Source: Candidatus Doudnabacteria bacterium (GTDB lineage: Bacteria > Patescibacteriota > Doudnabacteria > UBA920 > 2-01-FULL-46-14). From it: a stretch of DNA of 32,484 nt. Of this stretch, positions 18,920 through 27,282 are shown one piece after another. Position 1 is the first letter of the stretch, and each line of letters starts with the position of its first letter. Under the pieces are notes generated by a model that saw only the letters and a program-made list of their open reading frames with translations, did no database searches and was not told the origin of the DNA. Position numbers and translations under genes: made by a program. The DNA lies in assembly GCA_041497195.1 (NCBI GenBank), contig JBGQGB010000006.1, positions 1 to 32,484 of the forward strand. The letters run 5' to 3'.

Positions 18920-19855
18920 ATGAGAGAACCAAAGGTTGTAGTGGGTTTTTCGGGCAATTTGGAATTTCTGGTGCACCTGGATGGCCCACACCATTCGGAG
19001 AAAGCCGATCTCCGTTCGTTTGAGGAACGCATTGGCGGAACGAGCGTGAATCTCGGGTTTTCGCTGGGAGCTCTTGGGGTGCCAGCCCATCTGATCATCA
19101 CTACTGGGATGGACAAGAGGGCGGACTATATCCAGGAAGCCCTCAAACGACACTCGTTGAGCCATACGATGTTGTCCTGTCGAGTCGAGACTTCTTTCGG
19201 TTACGTTCGGATAGCTCTGGGCGGCCAGAGAGGAATCGATTCTTACAAGACAGCGTACGCGCGTTTTCCGGCAGCTGAGGTTGCTGAGATCGTGAGACGC
19301 GAGTCACCAACTGCGGTCGTGGCGACTGGTTGCACTATCGAGGAGGAGCCTCTGATTTCAGCCATGTTTTCAGCGGCTCCGAATGATTGCATTTGCGTTC
19401 TCAATCCCCGGGAGAGTCTTTGCCGGGATCGAGGCGTGCTGCAGCGGCTGCTGGAGTATGCTGATATACTCTGCATCAACGAAGGAGAGTATGAAGCTAG
19501 GGCAGGGCGTGACAGCCGTTCGTCAACAGATTTTTATTTGCAAGTTCTGCATGGCCAAGGCCCGGAAATCATCATCGTCACCAAAGCTGGTCAGGGAGCA
19601 CTGATTTCCGATCGCAGTGGGCGTTCATTCCACGTAGAAGCCTACCGCGCGGGAGAAGTGGTCGACGAGACCGGAGCGGGAGACGCCTTTCTCGCCGGTT
19701 TCTTGCGCGAGTTTCTTCTGGGCCGAGACTTGCATGATTGCGCCGAAGTAGCCAGACGAGTTGCTGGCATCAAGGTCACCAAGCTCGGTGGCTCCAATGT
19801 CGCAACGAGCGAAGAGATAAACAAACATTGCAATAGCATCACCGCTGTATGGTAG
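18920..19855 (+). CDS. PfkB-family carbohydrate kinase
   Basis: GGTSVN, NEGE, VTKAGQGA and VVDETGAGDAFLAG PfkB signature. Confidence 0.9.
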   Translation: MREPKVVVGFSGNLEFLVHLDGPHHSEKADLRSFEERIGGTSVNLGFSLGALGVPAHLIITTGMDKRADYIQEALKRHSLSHTMLSCRVETSFGYVRIALGGQRGIDSYKTAYARFPAAEVAEIVRRESPTAVVATGCTIEEEPLISAMFSAAPNDCICVLNPRESLCRDRGVLQRLLEYADILCINEGEYEARAGRDSRSSTDFYLQVLHGQGPEIIIVTKAGQGALISDRSGRSFHVEAYRAGEVVDETGAGDAFLAGFLREFLLGRDLHDCAEVARRVAGIKVTKLGGSNVATSEEINKHCNSITAVW

Positions 19856-19895
19856 TAGCAGTTCGCATTTCACTTCAATTTTTTAAGGAGGCAGC

Positions 19896-20159
19896 ATGAC
19901 GAGAGTAGAGAACGGGCATTTCCACGTACCAGTTTTGAGTTTAGTTCAGCCAGTAAGATTTCGCATCTGCCCAGTTTGCAAGGCTGATGCGCGTGTCCAT
20001 TTGGGCGGAGACGGGCAAGGGTACGCGGTCTGCGCGAGCGACCTTTGCGAGTCGACGTATCCCGAGCATTTGCTCGAGACGCCACCAACACCAGCGTTTG
20101 CCGATCTGGTCAGGCAGCGCATGGACTATCTGCAAGCCACAGTACCTACCACCCGGTGA
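19896..20159 (+). CDS. Small putative Zn-ribbon protein
   Basis: CPVC...CASDLC; strong SD AAGGAGG; co-oriented between pfkB and yvcK. Confidence 0.6.
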   Translation: MTRVENGHFHVPVLSLVQPVRFRICPVCKADARVHLGGDGQGYAVCASDLCESTYPEHLLETPPTPAFADLVRQRMDYLQATVPTTR

Positions 20160-20242
20160 GCGGCAGTAGGGAAGCGTTTTTTCGGGGGCGGCGCAGACGC
20201 GCTTGCCCCCTCGGATTTTTTCTTGCCAAGGAGGTGAGGAAA

Positions 20243-21214
20243 ATGAAGCGCAAGAAGATCACTGTAATCGGTGGCGGAACTGGCCCCACAGCTATTCTGC
20301 GGGGACTGGTCCAGCTCGGCGGCCGCAAGCGATTTGAAATCAATTCGATCGTTACCGTCTCCGATTCGGGTGGATCCTCGGGAATGCTGCGCGACGAGCT
20401 CGGTGTTTTGCCTCCAGGAGATCTTTTGAAATCCCTGGTGGCGTTATCACCCAAGGTCTATGCCCGCGAGCTGTTGCAGTTCAGGTTTACGGAAGGGAAT
20501 GGCCTGCCACGCCTAGCGGGACACACTTTCGGCAATCTGTCGATGGTGATGTTCGGATTGCGGACAGGTAATGATCTAGAAGCGGTTCTTGCTATGGAGC
20601 AGCTTCTGGATTGCCATGGCCACGTCCTGCCAGTGAGCTTGAACAAACGGGTTGAGCTCGTTGCTGAGACTAACCGGAGATTTATAGTGGGCGAAGGCAA
20701 GATCGAGGAATGGATTTACGCGGAGAAGAAGGTCGGCCTTCGGGAACAGCTCAGGCGCGTCTTTCTGAAGCCTCAACCCCAGATTTTGCCCGAAGCCATG
20801 CAAGCCATTCGTAGTGCTGATCTCATCGCCATCGCCCCGGGAAGTTTTTACACATCCTTGATGGCGGTCCTTGGCGTGAAGGGCATGGTCGCCGCACTGC
20901 GCCACAAGCGCCTGGCCTATGTGGTCAACATCACCACCCACCCAAAGGAAACTCCGAGGTGGAAAGCAAGCGACTTCGTTACCCACCTCGAAGCTGCCAT
21001 TGGCCGACAAGTCAATTTTGTCTTGTGCAACACTGCTCTGCCCACAAAACTCAAGGAGAAATACAGGGCAGAAAAGTCGCGCACAGTAGAGGTTGACATC
21101 CCGGCAACCTGGAACGGTCGGTTCGTGATTGGTGCTAGGTTTGTGCCTGAAGGGGCGCAGCTGGCTCGTCACGATCCGAATCTGCTCGCGAGCATCATCG
21201 CGAGTTTGGAGTGA
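20243..21214 (+). CDS. yvcK: YvcK/GlmR (CofD-related) UDP-GlcNAc-binding gluconeogenesis factor
   Basis: IGGGTG, TVSDSGGSSG, PPGD, GHTFGNL, PGSFYTS and RHD motifs; start reassigned to ATG 20243 after SD AAGGAGGTGAGG. Confidence 0.9.
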   Translation: MKRKKITVIGGGTGPTAILRGLVQLGGRKRFEINSIVTVSDSGGSSGMLRDELGVLPPGDLLKSLVALSPKVYARELLQFRFTEGNGLPRLAGHTFGNLSMVMFGLRTGNDLEAVLAMEQLLDCHGHVLPVSLNKRVELVAETNRRFIVGEGKIEEWIYAEKKVGLREQLRRVFLKPQPQILPEAMQAIRSADLIAIAPGSFYTSLMAVLGVKGMVAALRHKRLAYVVNITTHPKETPRWKASDFVTHLEAAIGRQVNFVLCNTALPTKLKEKYRAEKSRTVEVDIPATWNGRFVIGARFVPEGAQLARHDPNLLASIIASLE

Positions 21215-21270
21215 GTTTTCGTAAAACTTTGCATGCATTTGCAAAGAACGAATCCTCACTCCCTTTTTTT
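21208..21270 (+). terminator. Long hairpin terminator after yvcK
   Basis: GAGTGAG...CTTTGCA/TGCAAAG...CTCACTC followed by cc and T7. Confidence 0.55.
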
Positions 21271-21340
21271 ATCCACAAAAAAGTTTGAATTTGTTAAAAA
21301 CCGGAATATAGTAGTGATAAAGCAGTTGAAGGAGGGCGTC

Positions 21341-21622
21341 ATGATTTTAGAGGGCCCAGTGGTGTACGCTGAGTTTAAAGATGCCAATTGGGCAGCACAG
21401 GTGCTTCAAAAAATTAAAACGCAGCTGTATGAGGAGTGCGCCCATCCCGATGGGTGTTTGTATTCTGGCTGCGGCCCGGATAATCCCGGTCCGCATTTCA
21501 GTGCAGTTGTCGTGCAAGTGCTGCTTCGCGATGTCACCCCGGAGAATATCAGACTTTTGGCCAAAGAAACCGGCGCGCGCCGCATCACCAGGGACTACAA
21601 GCAGCTCTACCCGGAGGTTTGA
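21341..21622 (+). CDS. Hypothetical protein, 93 aa, with a Cys/His cluster
   Basis: SD AAGGAGGG before ATG 21341; followed by a CCGAGCG...CGCTCGG-TTTTT terminator. Confidence 0.65.
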   Translation: MILEGPVVYAEFKDANWAAQVLQKIKTQLYEECAHPDGCLYSGCGPDNPGPHFSAVVVQVLLRDVTPENIRLLAKETGARRITRDYKQLYPEV

Positions 21623-21738
21623 CCCGAGCGTTTTCCTGTTCTCGATTTTTGAGGACCAGAGAGCGCTCGGTTTTTATTAAGTACAAAACGACTCCTGCAA
21701 AGGAGTCTAGCCAAGGATAAAGGTTTGTATCCGATGTT

Positions 21739-22029
21739 TCAGGCGGCTTTTTTCAATTCTCCATTACCTTTTTCATTTTCGCGAGCATGTCTTTCTGCCT
21801 CGGCCTGAACAATTTCTTCAGAGGTGGCTTTCCGCAGCGAACCTGGCACCAAGTGACTCTCGTGCCGGATACTGCCATCGCTATTTCGCTTGTCAACCTC
21901 GTCATATTCGCCGTAGTAATACGAAGGGCCGTAGCCGTCTTCTTTCGTCGTTGCTTTGAAAACGTTGCGCGTCCTTTTGGGCGGCCGCTCGAACTCTATG
22001 AGGTTTTGGTCTGATTCAGGATTGCCCAT
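21739..22029 (-). CDS. Hypothetical charged protein
   Basis: Fills the gap between genes with protein-like composition; ends in LKKAA; start is ATG 22029 or GTG 22035. Confidence 0.6.
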   Translation of the reverse strand: MGNPESDQNLIEFERPPKRTRNVFKATTKEDGYGPSYYYGEYDEVDKRNSDGSIRHESHLVPGSLRKATSEEIVQAEAERHARENEKGNGELKKAA

Positions 22030-22170
22030 AGCCACAGCGTATCAAAATGGGGTTTGTCGAGTCAATCATCGGAGTTTAAAGTGACTAATGTTTTTATTGC
22101 CGGTTTTCTGATAAACTATAGAAAATATGCTTAGAAAAAAAGAATAATTAATCCAATTTCTACTACCTGG

Positions 22171-23442
22171 ATGAGAGTGATATCCGACATCCATATTCAT
22201 TCCAAATATTCGCGCGCTTGTTCAAAGGATTTGATCCCGCAGAATCTTGATAAATGGGCCAAAATCAAGGGTGTTGATCTCATCGGCACCGGGGATTTTA
22301 CCCATCCCTTATGGCTGGGGGAATTGCGCTCAAGCCTTCAGGAGGCTGAGCCAGGATTTTATCAATTAAAAGGCTCGACCACGGGGACGCGGTTTGTTTT
22401 GTCGTCCGAAGTCGCCTGTATTTATTCCCAAGGAGAGCGGTTGCGGCGGGTGCACTACGTCTTGCTCCTGCCGTCGTTTGCCGCAGTTGAGAAATTCAAC
22501 AAAACTTTGGCCGACCACGGCGGCAAGCTCGCGGGAGACGGCCGGCCAATACTGGGCATGAAGTCGCAAGAAGTTTTGAAATATCTGCTGGATGCGTCGC
22601 CCCAGGCGCTGATGATTCCGGCTCACGCCTGGACCCCGTATTTCGGCATCTTTGGCAGCAAGTCCGGATTTGATTCTGTTGAGGAATGTTTCGGGGACAT
22701 GACCAAATACATTTATGCGTTTGAGACCGGGCTGTCGTCTGATCCGGAAATGAATTGGCGATTTTCCGGGACGGACAAATTTACCATAGTCTCTGCCTCG
22801 GACGCGCACTCCCTGCCGCGCATCGGGCGGGAAGCCAATGTCATGGAGATCCCGGAGGCGGAGATGAATTATGCCGAGTTTTTTCGCATCATCAAAGAAA
22901 AGGACACGGAGCGTTTCAAATTTACGATCGAGTATTTCCCGGAAGAGGGCAAATATCACCTGGATGGGCACGCCACTTGCAAAGTCTGCATGACGCCTGA
23001 GCAGACCCGCAAACACCACGGCGAGTGCCCGGTCTGCGGCCGCAAATTAGTCATTGGCGTGGTCTCGCGCGTGGAGGATCTGGCAGACCGACCGGCAGGG
23101 TTTGTCCCGGCCAAGGTTCCCGGGCAGCGGCACCTGGTGCCCCTGGAGGAAGTCTTGGCGGATTGTTTTGGGGTGGGTGCAAAGAGCAAAAAAGTCCAAG
23201 ATTTGTACTGGAGGCTGATTGCCGCCGCGGGCAATGAATTTGCCGTGATTCTGGATTTGCCAGTGGGAGAAGTCGAGCGCATCGGCGGTCTCGTGGTGGC
23301 TGAGGCGGTCAAACGAGTCCGGGACGAGGCTGTGCATAAAGTCCCTGGCTATGACGGAGTATATGGTATAATCAAAGTGTTCACTGACGGAGAGCGTCAA
23401 AAATTCGAGCGTGATATCGTGAAACAAAAGACCCTATTTTAA
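22171..23442 (+). CDS. Endonuclease Q family protein (PHP domain plus Zn finger)
   Basis: DIHIHSKYSRA, GTGDFTHP, HAWTPYFG, ETGLSSD, SDAHS, GKYHLDGH, CxxC/CPVC and GYDGVYG. Confidence 0.9.
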   Translation: MRVISDIHIHSKYSRACSKDLIPQNLDKWAKIKGVDLIGTGDFTHPLWLGELRSSLQEAEPGFYQLKGSTTGTRFVLSSEVACIYSQGERLRRVHYVLLLPSFAAVEKFNKTLADHGGKLAGDGRPILGMKSQEVLKYLLDASPQALMIPAHAWTPYFGIFGSKSGFDSVEECFGDMTKYIYAFETGLSSDPEMNWRFSGTDKFTIVSASDAHSLPRIGREANVMEIPEAEMNYAEFFRIIKEKDTERFKFTIEYFPEEGKYHLDGHATCKVCMTPEQTRKHHGECPVCGRKLVIGVVSRVEDLADRPAGFVPAKVPGQRHLVPLEEVLADCFGVGAKSKKVQDLYWRLIAAAGNEFAVILDLPVGEVERIGGLVVAEAVKRVRDEAVHKVPGYDGVYGIIKVFTDGERQKFERDIVKQKTLF

Positions 23443-23453
23443 AAACAAAACCC

Positions 23454-23482
23454 TTGACTGGACGGCTATTTTGTCGTACTTT
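23454..23482 (+). promoter_or_regulatory. sigma70-type promoter
   Basis: TTGACT-17 bp-TACTTT upstream of ORF 23573. Confidence 0.55.
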
Positions 23483-23572
23483 TTAGTTTATACCTAATTT
23501 CCGCATATCCTTAATCCGGCCTTTTCCAAAGAGGCACCCCGGCCCACACCTTACCAAGTCTGAGGAGGACGT

Positions 23573-23872
23573 TTGAAAGCACAACTGAGGAAGGTTGTTA
23601 GGGTTGTCGATGAACCGGTAGAGAAACATAAGACCTTCTGGCTCGTACTAGCAGCCGGATCCCTTGCAGGTTGCGGGCTTCTGTTGACGTATAAAGGACT
23701 CCGAGTCGCAGTCAGAGCTTTGAGGACGACAAAAACCGATTGGCAACAAGCGCGGCGAGTAGCAAATAAGGTACACAAGCCCTTTCATGAGGTACTTCGC
23801 AGGCTTCGGCAGACAAGAGAACAGCCAGCCCTACCTGATTCAAACATGCCAATGTCGGCTTTGCCAAACTGA
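23573..23872 (+). CDS. Hypothetical single-TM basic protein
   Basis: SD GAGGAGG before TTG; hydrophobic segment FWLVLAAGSLAGCGLLLTY. Confidence 0.55.
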   Translation: MKAQLRKVVRVVDEPVEKHKTFWLVLAAGSLAGCGLLLTYKGLRVAVRALRTTKTDWQQARRVANKVHKPFHEVLRRLRQTREQPALPDSNMPMSALPN

Positions 23873-23976
23873 TCACTCCTGACCCACCCACTTGCAACGC
23901 GCAACAAACGCCAACCCCCTTCCAGCGGGTTAAATTTTTGGCCCGCCAGGCCCAAATCTCATTCCTGGAGGGATGG

Positions 23977-24291
23977 ATGAGGAGTCACTCTTTGCTACAG
24001 GCATTAACGACAATCATGCGCAGTGGTGGTTTCCGGTTCACTGAGCATCATGTTGTCAGTCTGCGGCGGCAGCTTCTTCCCGGTGAACTTTCAGAACTGT
24101 TCTGTGCTGGTTTTGCACTGAGCTTTTTGTCAGAGTCACACAACGGAACATGGCATCGATACGCGGTTACCCCTGCACCCAGAATCGCGGTGACCGCAAG
24201 AGCGACCGCAAGTCGACCGGGGAAGTACCCAAGTGGTACAACTTCATCGCCTTACCGTCGCATCAGTCCTTCAGCCCCCAGTTTCCGCTAG
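23977..24291 (+). CDS. Hypothetical protein
   Basis: GGAGGG SD before ATG 23977; no recognisable family. Confidence 0.35.
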   Translation: MRSHSLLQALTTIMRSGGFRFTEHHVVSLRRQLLPGELSELFCAGFALSFLSESHNGTWHRYAVTPAPRIAVTARATASRPGKYPSGTTSSPYRRISPSAPSFR

Positions 24292-24485
24292 CCTATCCCC
24301 ACAACGGCCCCAAGGTGCGAGCAATGTCATGTTTTTCGACATCGCCCGCACCTTTTAATTTTGCCCGATTTTTGGTATAATCTGTTGGCAAATGAATTTT
24401 TGGGGAGGCGGGATCCGAGCGAAGATTGCAGAAACCCGCTTCACGGGGTTGCGGAAATCGCAGCTTCGGAATCACGCGAGGACGA

Positions 24486-24572
24486 GGAGAGGTGGCCGAG
24501 CGGTTCAAGGCGCACGCTTGGAAAGCGTGTGGGCGCAAGCCCTCGCAGGTTCGAATCCTGTCCTCTCCGCCA
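24486..24572 (+). tRNA. tRNA-Ser(GGA)
   Basis: Acceptor stem GGAGAGG/CCTCTCC + G + CCA; anticodon arm CACGC-TTGGAAA-GCGTG; long variable arm GGGC-GCAA-GCCC; GGTTCGAATCC. Confidence 0.97.
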
Positions 24573-25429
24573 GTTAGGAAATGAAGTCATTGGCTCGCCC
24601 GCTACGCGGGCTCGCCAGCCGTTTTTCGGGGAAATTTCAAGCCGTTTTGAATTCAGCATAAAGTTCGAGCCGACATTTTTGACAGGTTCTTTGGCAGTTT
24701 GCCTTTCCGCTCCGGTTCAAGGCGAGGCGGGCGGAAGGGGGGTGTGGGGGGAATTCCGCCCGCCGAGCCCAGCCAGCTCCGTTCGGATATTTTCAAACAG
24801 ACACCGCCAGAAAGAAATTTTCGCCAAGTCTAGTTTTTGAAATGCGCCCCCATCATAATTTATGCATAAAGATTTGGAATCAAACAGCACTTTAATTATT
24901 GGCATTATCGCTTTAACCACCTCAATCGCTTCTTTACTTTGGAATATAATTAGAGATTTAATTCTTGATAAGGTAAGCATTCACGTTGAAGCCGAAGCTG
25001 GTACTGTACTACCTATTGCGGGCATAACTAACCGCACTATGTTTAGAAGCTCAGACGCCGATAAAGAAATACAAATAAAGGACCCTAAGGTTGTTTTCTT
25101 TATTACAAATATGGGAAGAAGATCAATTTTGGTCTCGAAAATTGGCGGTGAATTTAAAAAGAAGGCCCAGACTAATATAAAAACAAAACCCTATTGGATA
25201 CTTCATACTAGAGAGCTGCCTAAAATGCGTGAACCATACGAAACTCTGGGTGAGTACTGTGATGATAAGGTTTTTATGAAGGACGTTAAAAATAATGAAC
25301 TTGAAAAAGTCTTTGCCGAAGATAGCAAAGGAAAGCGTTGGTATATAAACAAGAAAGGTATGCAGCGATTATATCTTACTGTAAGTAAGCTAGATGTTTA
25401 AATAGCAAAAAGCCATTTACAAAACTAGA
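24573..25429. mobile_element. Probable degenerate integrative element/cassette at the 3' end of tRNA-Ser
   Basis: Minus-strand peptide remnant running into the tRNA, a GC hairpin with a G-rich loop, and an AT-rich gene bounded by 16-bp inverted repeats. Confidence 0.45.
24862..25401 (+). CDS. AT-rich hypothetical protein with an N-terminal TM anchor
   Basis: LIIGIIALTTSIASLLWNII TM helix; FFITNMGRRSILVSKIG motif; A/T-ending codons unlike its neighbours. Confidence 0.75.
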   Translation: MHKDLESNSTLIIGIIALTTSIASLLWNIIRDLILDKVSIHVEAEAGTVLPIAGITNRTMFRSSDADKEIQIKDPKVVFFITNMGRRSILVSKIGGEFKKKAQTNIKTKPYWILHTRELPKMREPYETLGEYCDDKVFMKDVKNNELEKVFAEDSKGKRWYINKKGMQRLYLTVSKLDV

Positions 25430-25452
25430 TTACTAAATATTGAAGTTTGACC

Positions 25453-27282
25453 ATGCTCCCCTCGGAAGAAATTAAAGACAAAATCAATATCGTTGACCTC
25501 ATCGGCGAGTATGTGCCTTTGAAGAAGGCCGGGGTCAACTATCGGGCGGTGTGTCCTTTCCACCAGGAAAAGACCCCGTCGTTTATGGTCTCATCCACCA
25601 AGCAAATTTGGCATTGTTTCGGCTGTGGCTTGGGCGGGGATATTTTTGAGTTCGTGAAGCAGATTGAGGGAGTGGAGTTTCCCGAAGCTTTGCATATTCT
25701 CGCCACCCGCGCTGGCATCACTTTGCAGCGGCCGACCGTGGAGTATCAGCAACAGACTGACCAGAAGAAAACCCTGCTGGCCATCAATGAACTGGCAGCC
25801 AAATTTTACGCCAAAATTTTGGCTGAATCGCAAACAGCGCAAGGCGCGCGCGACTACCTCAAAAAGCGCGGCTTTCGGCCGGAAACCATTAAAGCCTGGC
25901 AGCTCGGCTGGGCGCCTGAGGATTTCCATACTTTCGAAAATTTTATCGCAAAGAAAGGATACCAGCGCAGCGAAGCCGTGGAAGCTGGGTTGCTCTCGGA
26001 AAAGCCTGCCTCGTCGGCAGGCAGGGATGGCGGGTCCTTCGATAATGCTCAGGACATGTATTTTGACCGGTTCCGCGCTCGGGTGATGTTTCCACTGTTT
26101 GACGTACACGGGCGCGTGGTCGGCTTCACCGGGAGGGTACTCGTCGAGACCGAAGGTTCGGCCAAATACGTGAACAGCCCGGAGACTGCAATATACTCCA
26201 AAAGCCATTTGATTTACGGCCTCAATTTTGCCAAAACAGAAATTCGTAAACTTGGGAGTGTGGTCGTGGTCGAAGGCAATGTGGACGTGATTACTTGCCA
26301 CGAAGCCGGATTTCGCAACGTGGTCGGTTCCTCCGGAACTGCTTTTACCGAAGCGCAGCTGGAGTTGCTGAAGCGGTTCACGGACAATGTTAGTTTCGCC
26401 TTTGACGTGGACGAAGCCGGACTCACGGCCACCAGGCGGGCCGTCGAACTGGCGTTGTCGCTGGGGTTCAATATCCGCATTATTTCCATGCCCAAAAGCC
26501 TGGCCAAAGACCCGGATGAGCTCATCCGGCTCGACCCCAAGCTGTGGGAACAGGCTGTGGCGGAGGCGCAGAATTACTTGGACTTTTATTTTGCCGGGAT
26601 TTTTGCTAATCTAAACCTAGAATCCAGTGTCGACAAAAAGCAGGCAGTGGCAGAATTGCTGCCACTTTTGTCTTTGTTGCCGGATCCGCTGGACAGGGCG
26701 CACTATTTGCAGAAGCTCGCCCTCAAGCTCGGGGTGGACGAGAAGCTGCTTCTCGAGCTTCTCAACAAAAATTTCGCCACCCGCCGCGGCGGCACTGCGT
26801 TCCCAGCGGCCGCCACCCGCCCGGTGGCGCGTAAAACTCGCCAGGAGCTTCTAGAGAGACAAGTGCTGGGCTTGTTGCTGAAATACGGCAAAAATTTCCG
26901 GGACGAGTGGATGAGCCTGACGGCCGAGGATTTTACCTTTCCGGTATTGCGCGAGATTTTTTTGACCGCAGTGCCCATGGTCGAGATGAACATGTTTGAA
27001 CTCGAGCAGTTCACCGCCGACCACGAGAAAATGGCCCCGGACATCCAGCTGTTGCAGTTTGCTCTGGAAAATGAACTCAGTTTCAATCCAGACGTGAACC
27101 TGGACGAGCTCAAAAAACATTTCATGACTGAACTCAAATTCGCCACCACGAAACGGCGCATGCAGCAAATCGAGATGCTCATCAAAGCCGCGGAGCTGGG
27201 CGGCCGCGCGGAAGAAGCCAAAACCCTGTCCTCAGAGTTTAATAATCTTACTCAAGAGTTAGTCAAATACCATGTCAGCTAA
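25453..27282 (+). CDS. dnaG: DNA primase
   Basis: [11 protein letters not shown]...WHCFGCG CHC2 Zn finger, [24 protein letters not shown] Toprim and KDPDE. Confidence 0.97.
   Translation: MLPSEEIKDKINIVDLIGEYVPLKKAGVNYRAVCPFHQEKTPSFMVSSTKQIWHCFGCGLGGDIFEFVKQIEGVEFPEALHILATRAGITLQRPTVEYQQQTDQKKTLLAINELAAKFYAKILAESQTAQGARDYLKKRGFRPETIKAWQLGWAPEDFHTFENFIAKKGYQRSEAVEAGLLSEKPASSAGRDGGSFDNAQDMYFDRFRARVMFPLFDVHGRVVGFTGRVLVETEGSAKYVNSPETAIYSKSHLIYGLNFAKTEIRKLGSVVVVEGNVDVITCHEAGFRNVVGSSGTAFTEAQLELLKRFTDNVSFAFDVDEAGLTATRRAVELALSLGFNIRIISMPKSLAKDPDELIRLDPKLWEQAVAEAQNYLDFYFAGIFANLNLESSVDKKQAVAELLPLLSLLPDPLDRAHYLQKLALKLGVDEKLLLELLNKNFATRRGGTAFPAAATRPVARKTRQELLERQVLGLLLKYGKNFRDEWMSLTAEDFTFPVLREIFLTAVPMVEMNMFELEQFTADHEKMAPDIQLLQFALENELSFNPDVNLDELKKHFMTELKFATTKRRMQQIEMLIKAAELGGRAEEAKTLSSEFNNLTQELVKYHVS
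26005..26055. repeat. Two adjacent short palindromic (REP-like) elements inserted in frame in dnaG
   Basis: CCTGCCTCGTCGGCAGGCAGG (26005-26025) and GTCCTTCGATAATGCTCAGGAC (26034-26055); the second matches the reverse complement of 3793-3813. Confidence 0.6.

Noticed and set aside
20045-20242. N-terminal extension of yvcK given in the ORF track
   Set aside because: It overlaps the Zn-ribbon gene and a hairpin. The strong SD and the family start (KITVIGGGTG) place the start at 20243.
24361-24840. 159-aa plus-strand ORF
   Set aside because: It runs through tRNA-Ser and the GC hairpin, so it is a translation of non-coding structure.
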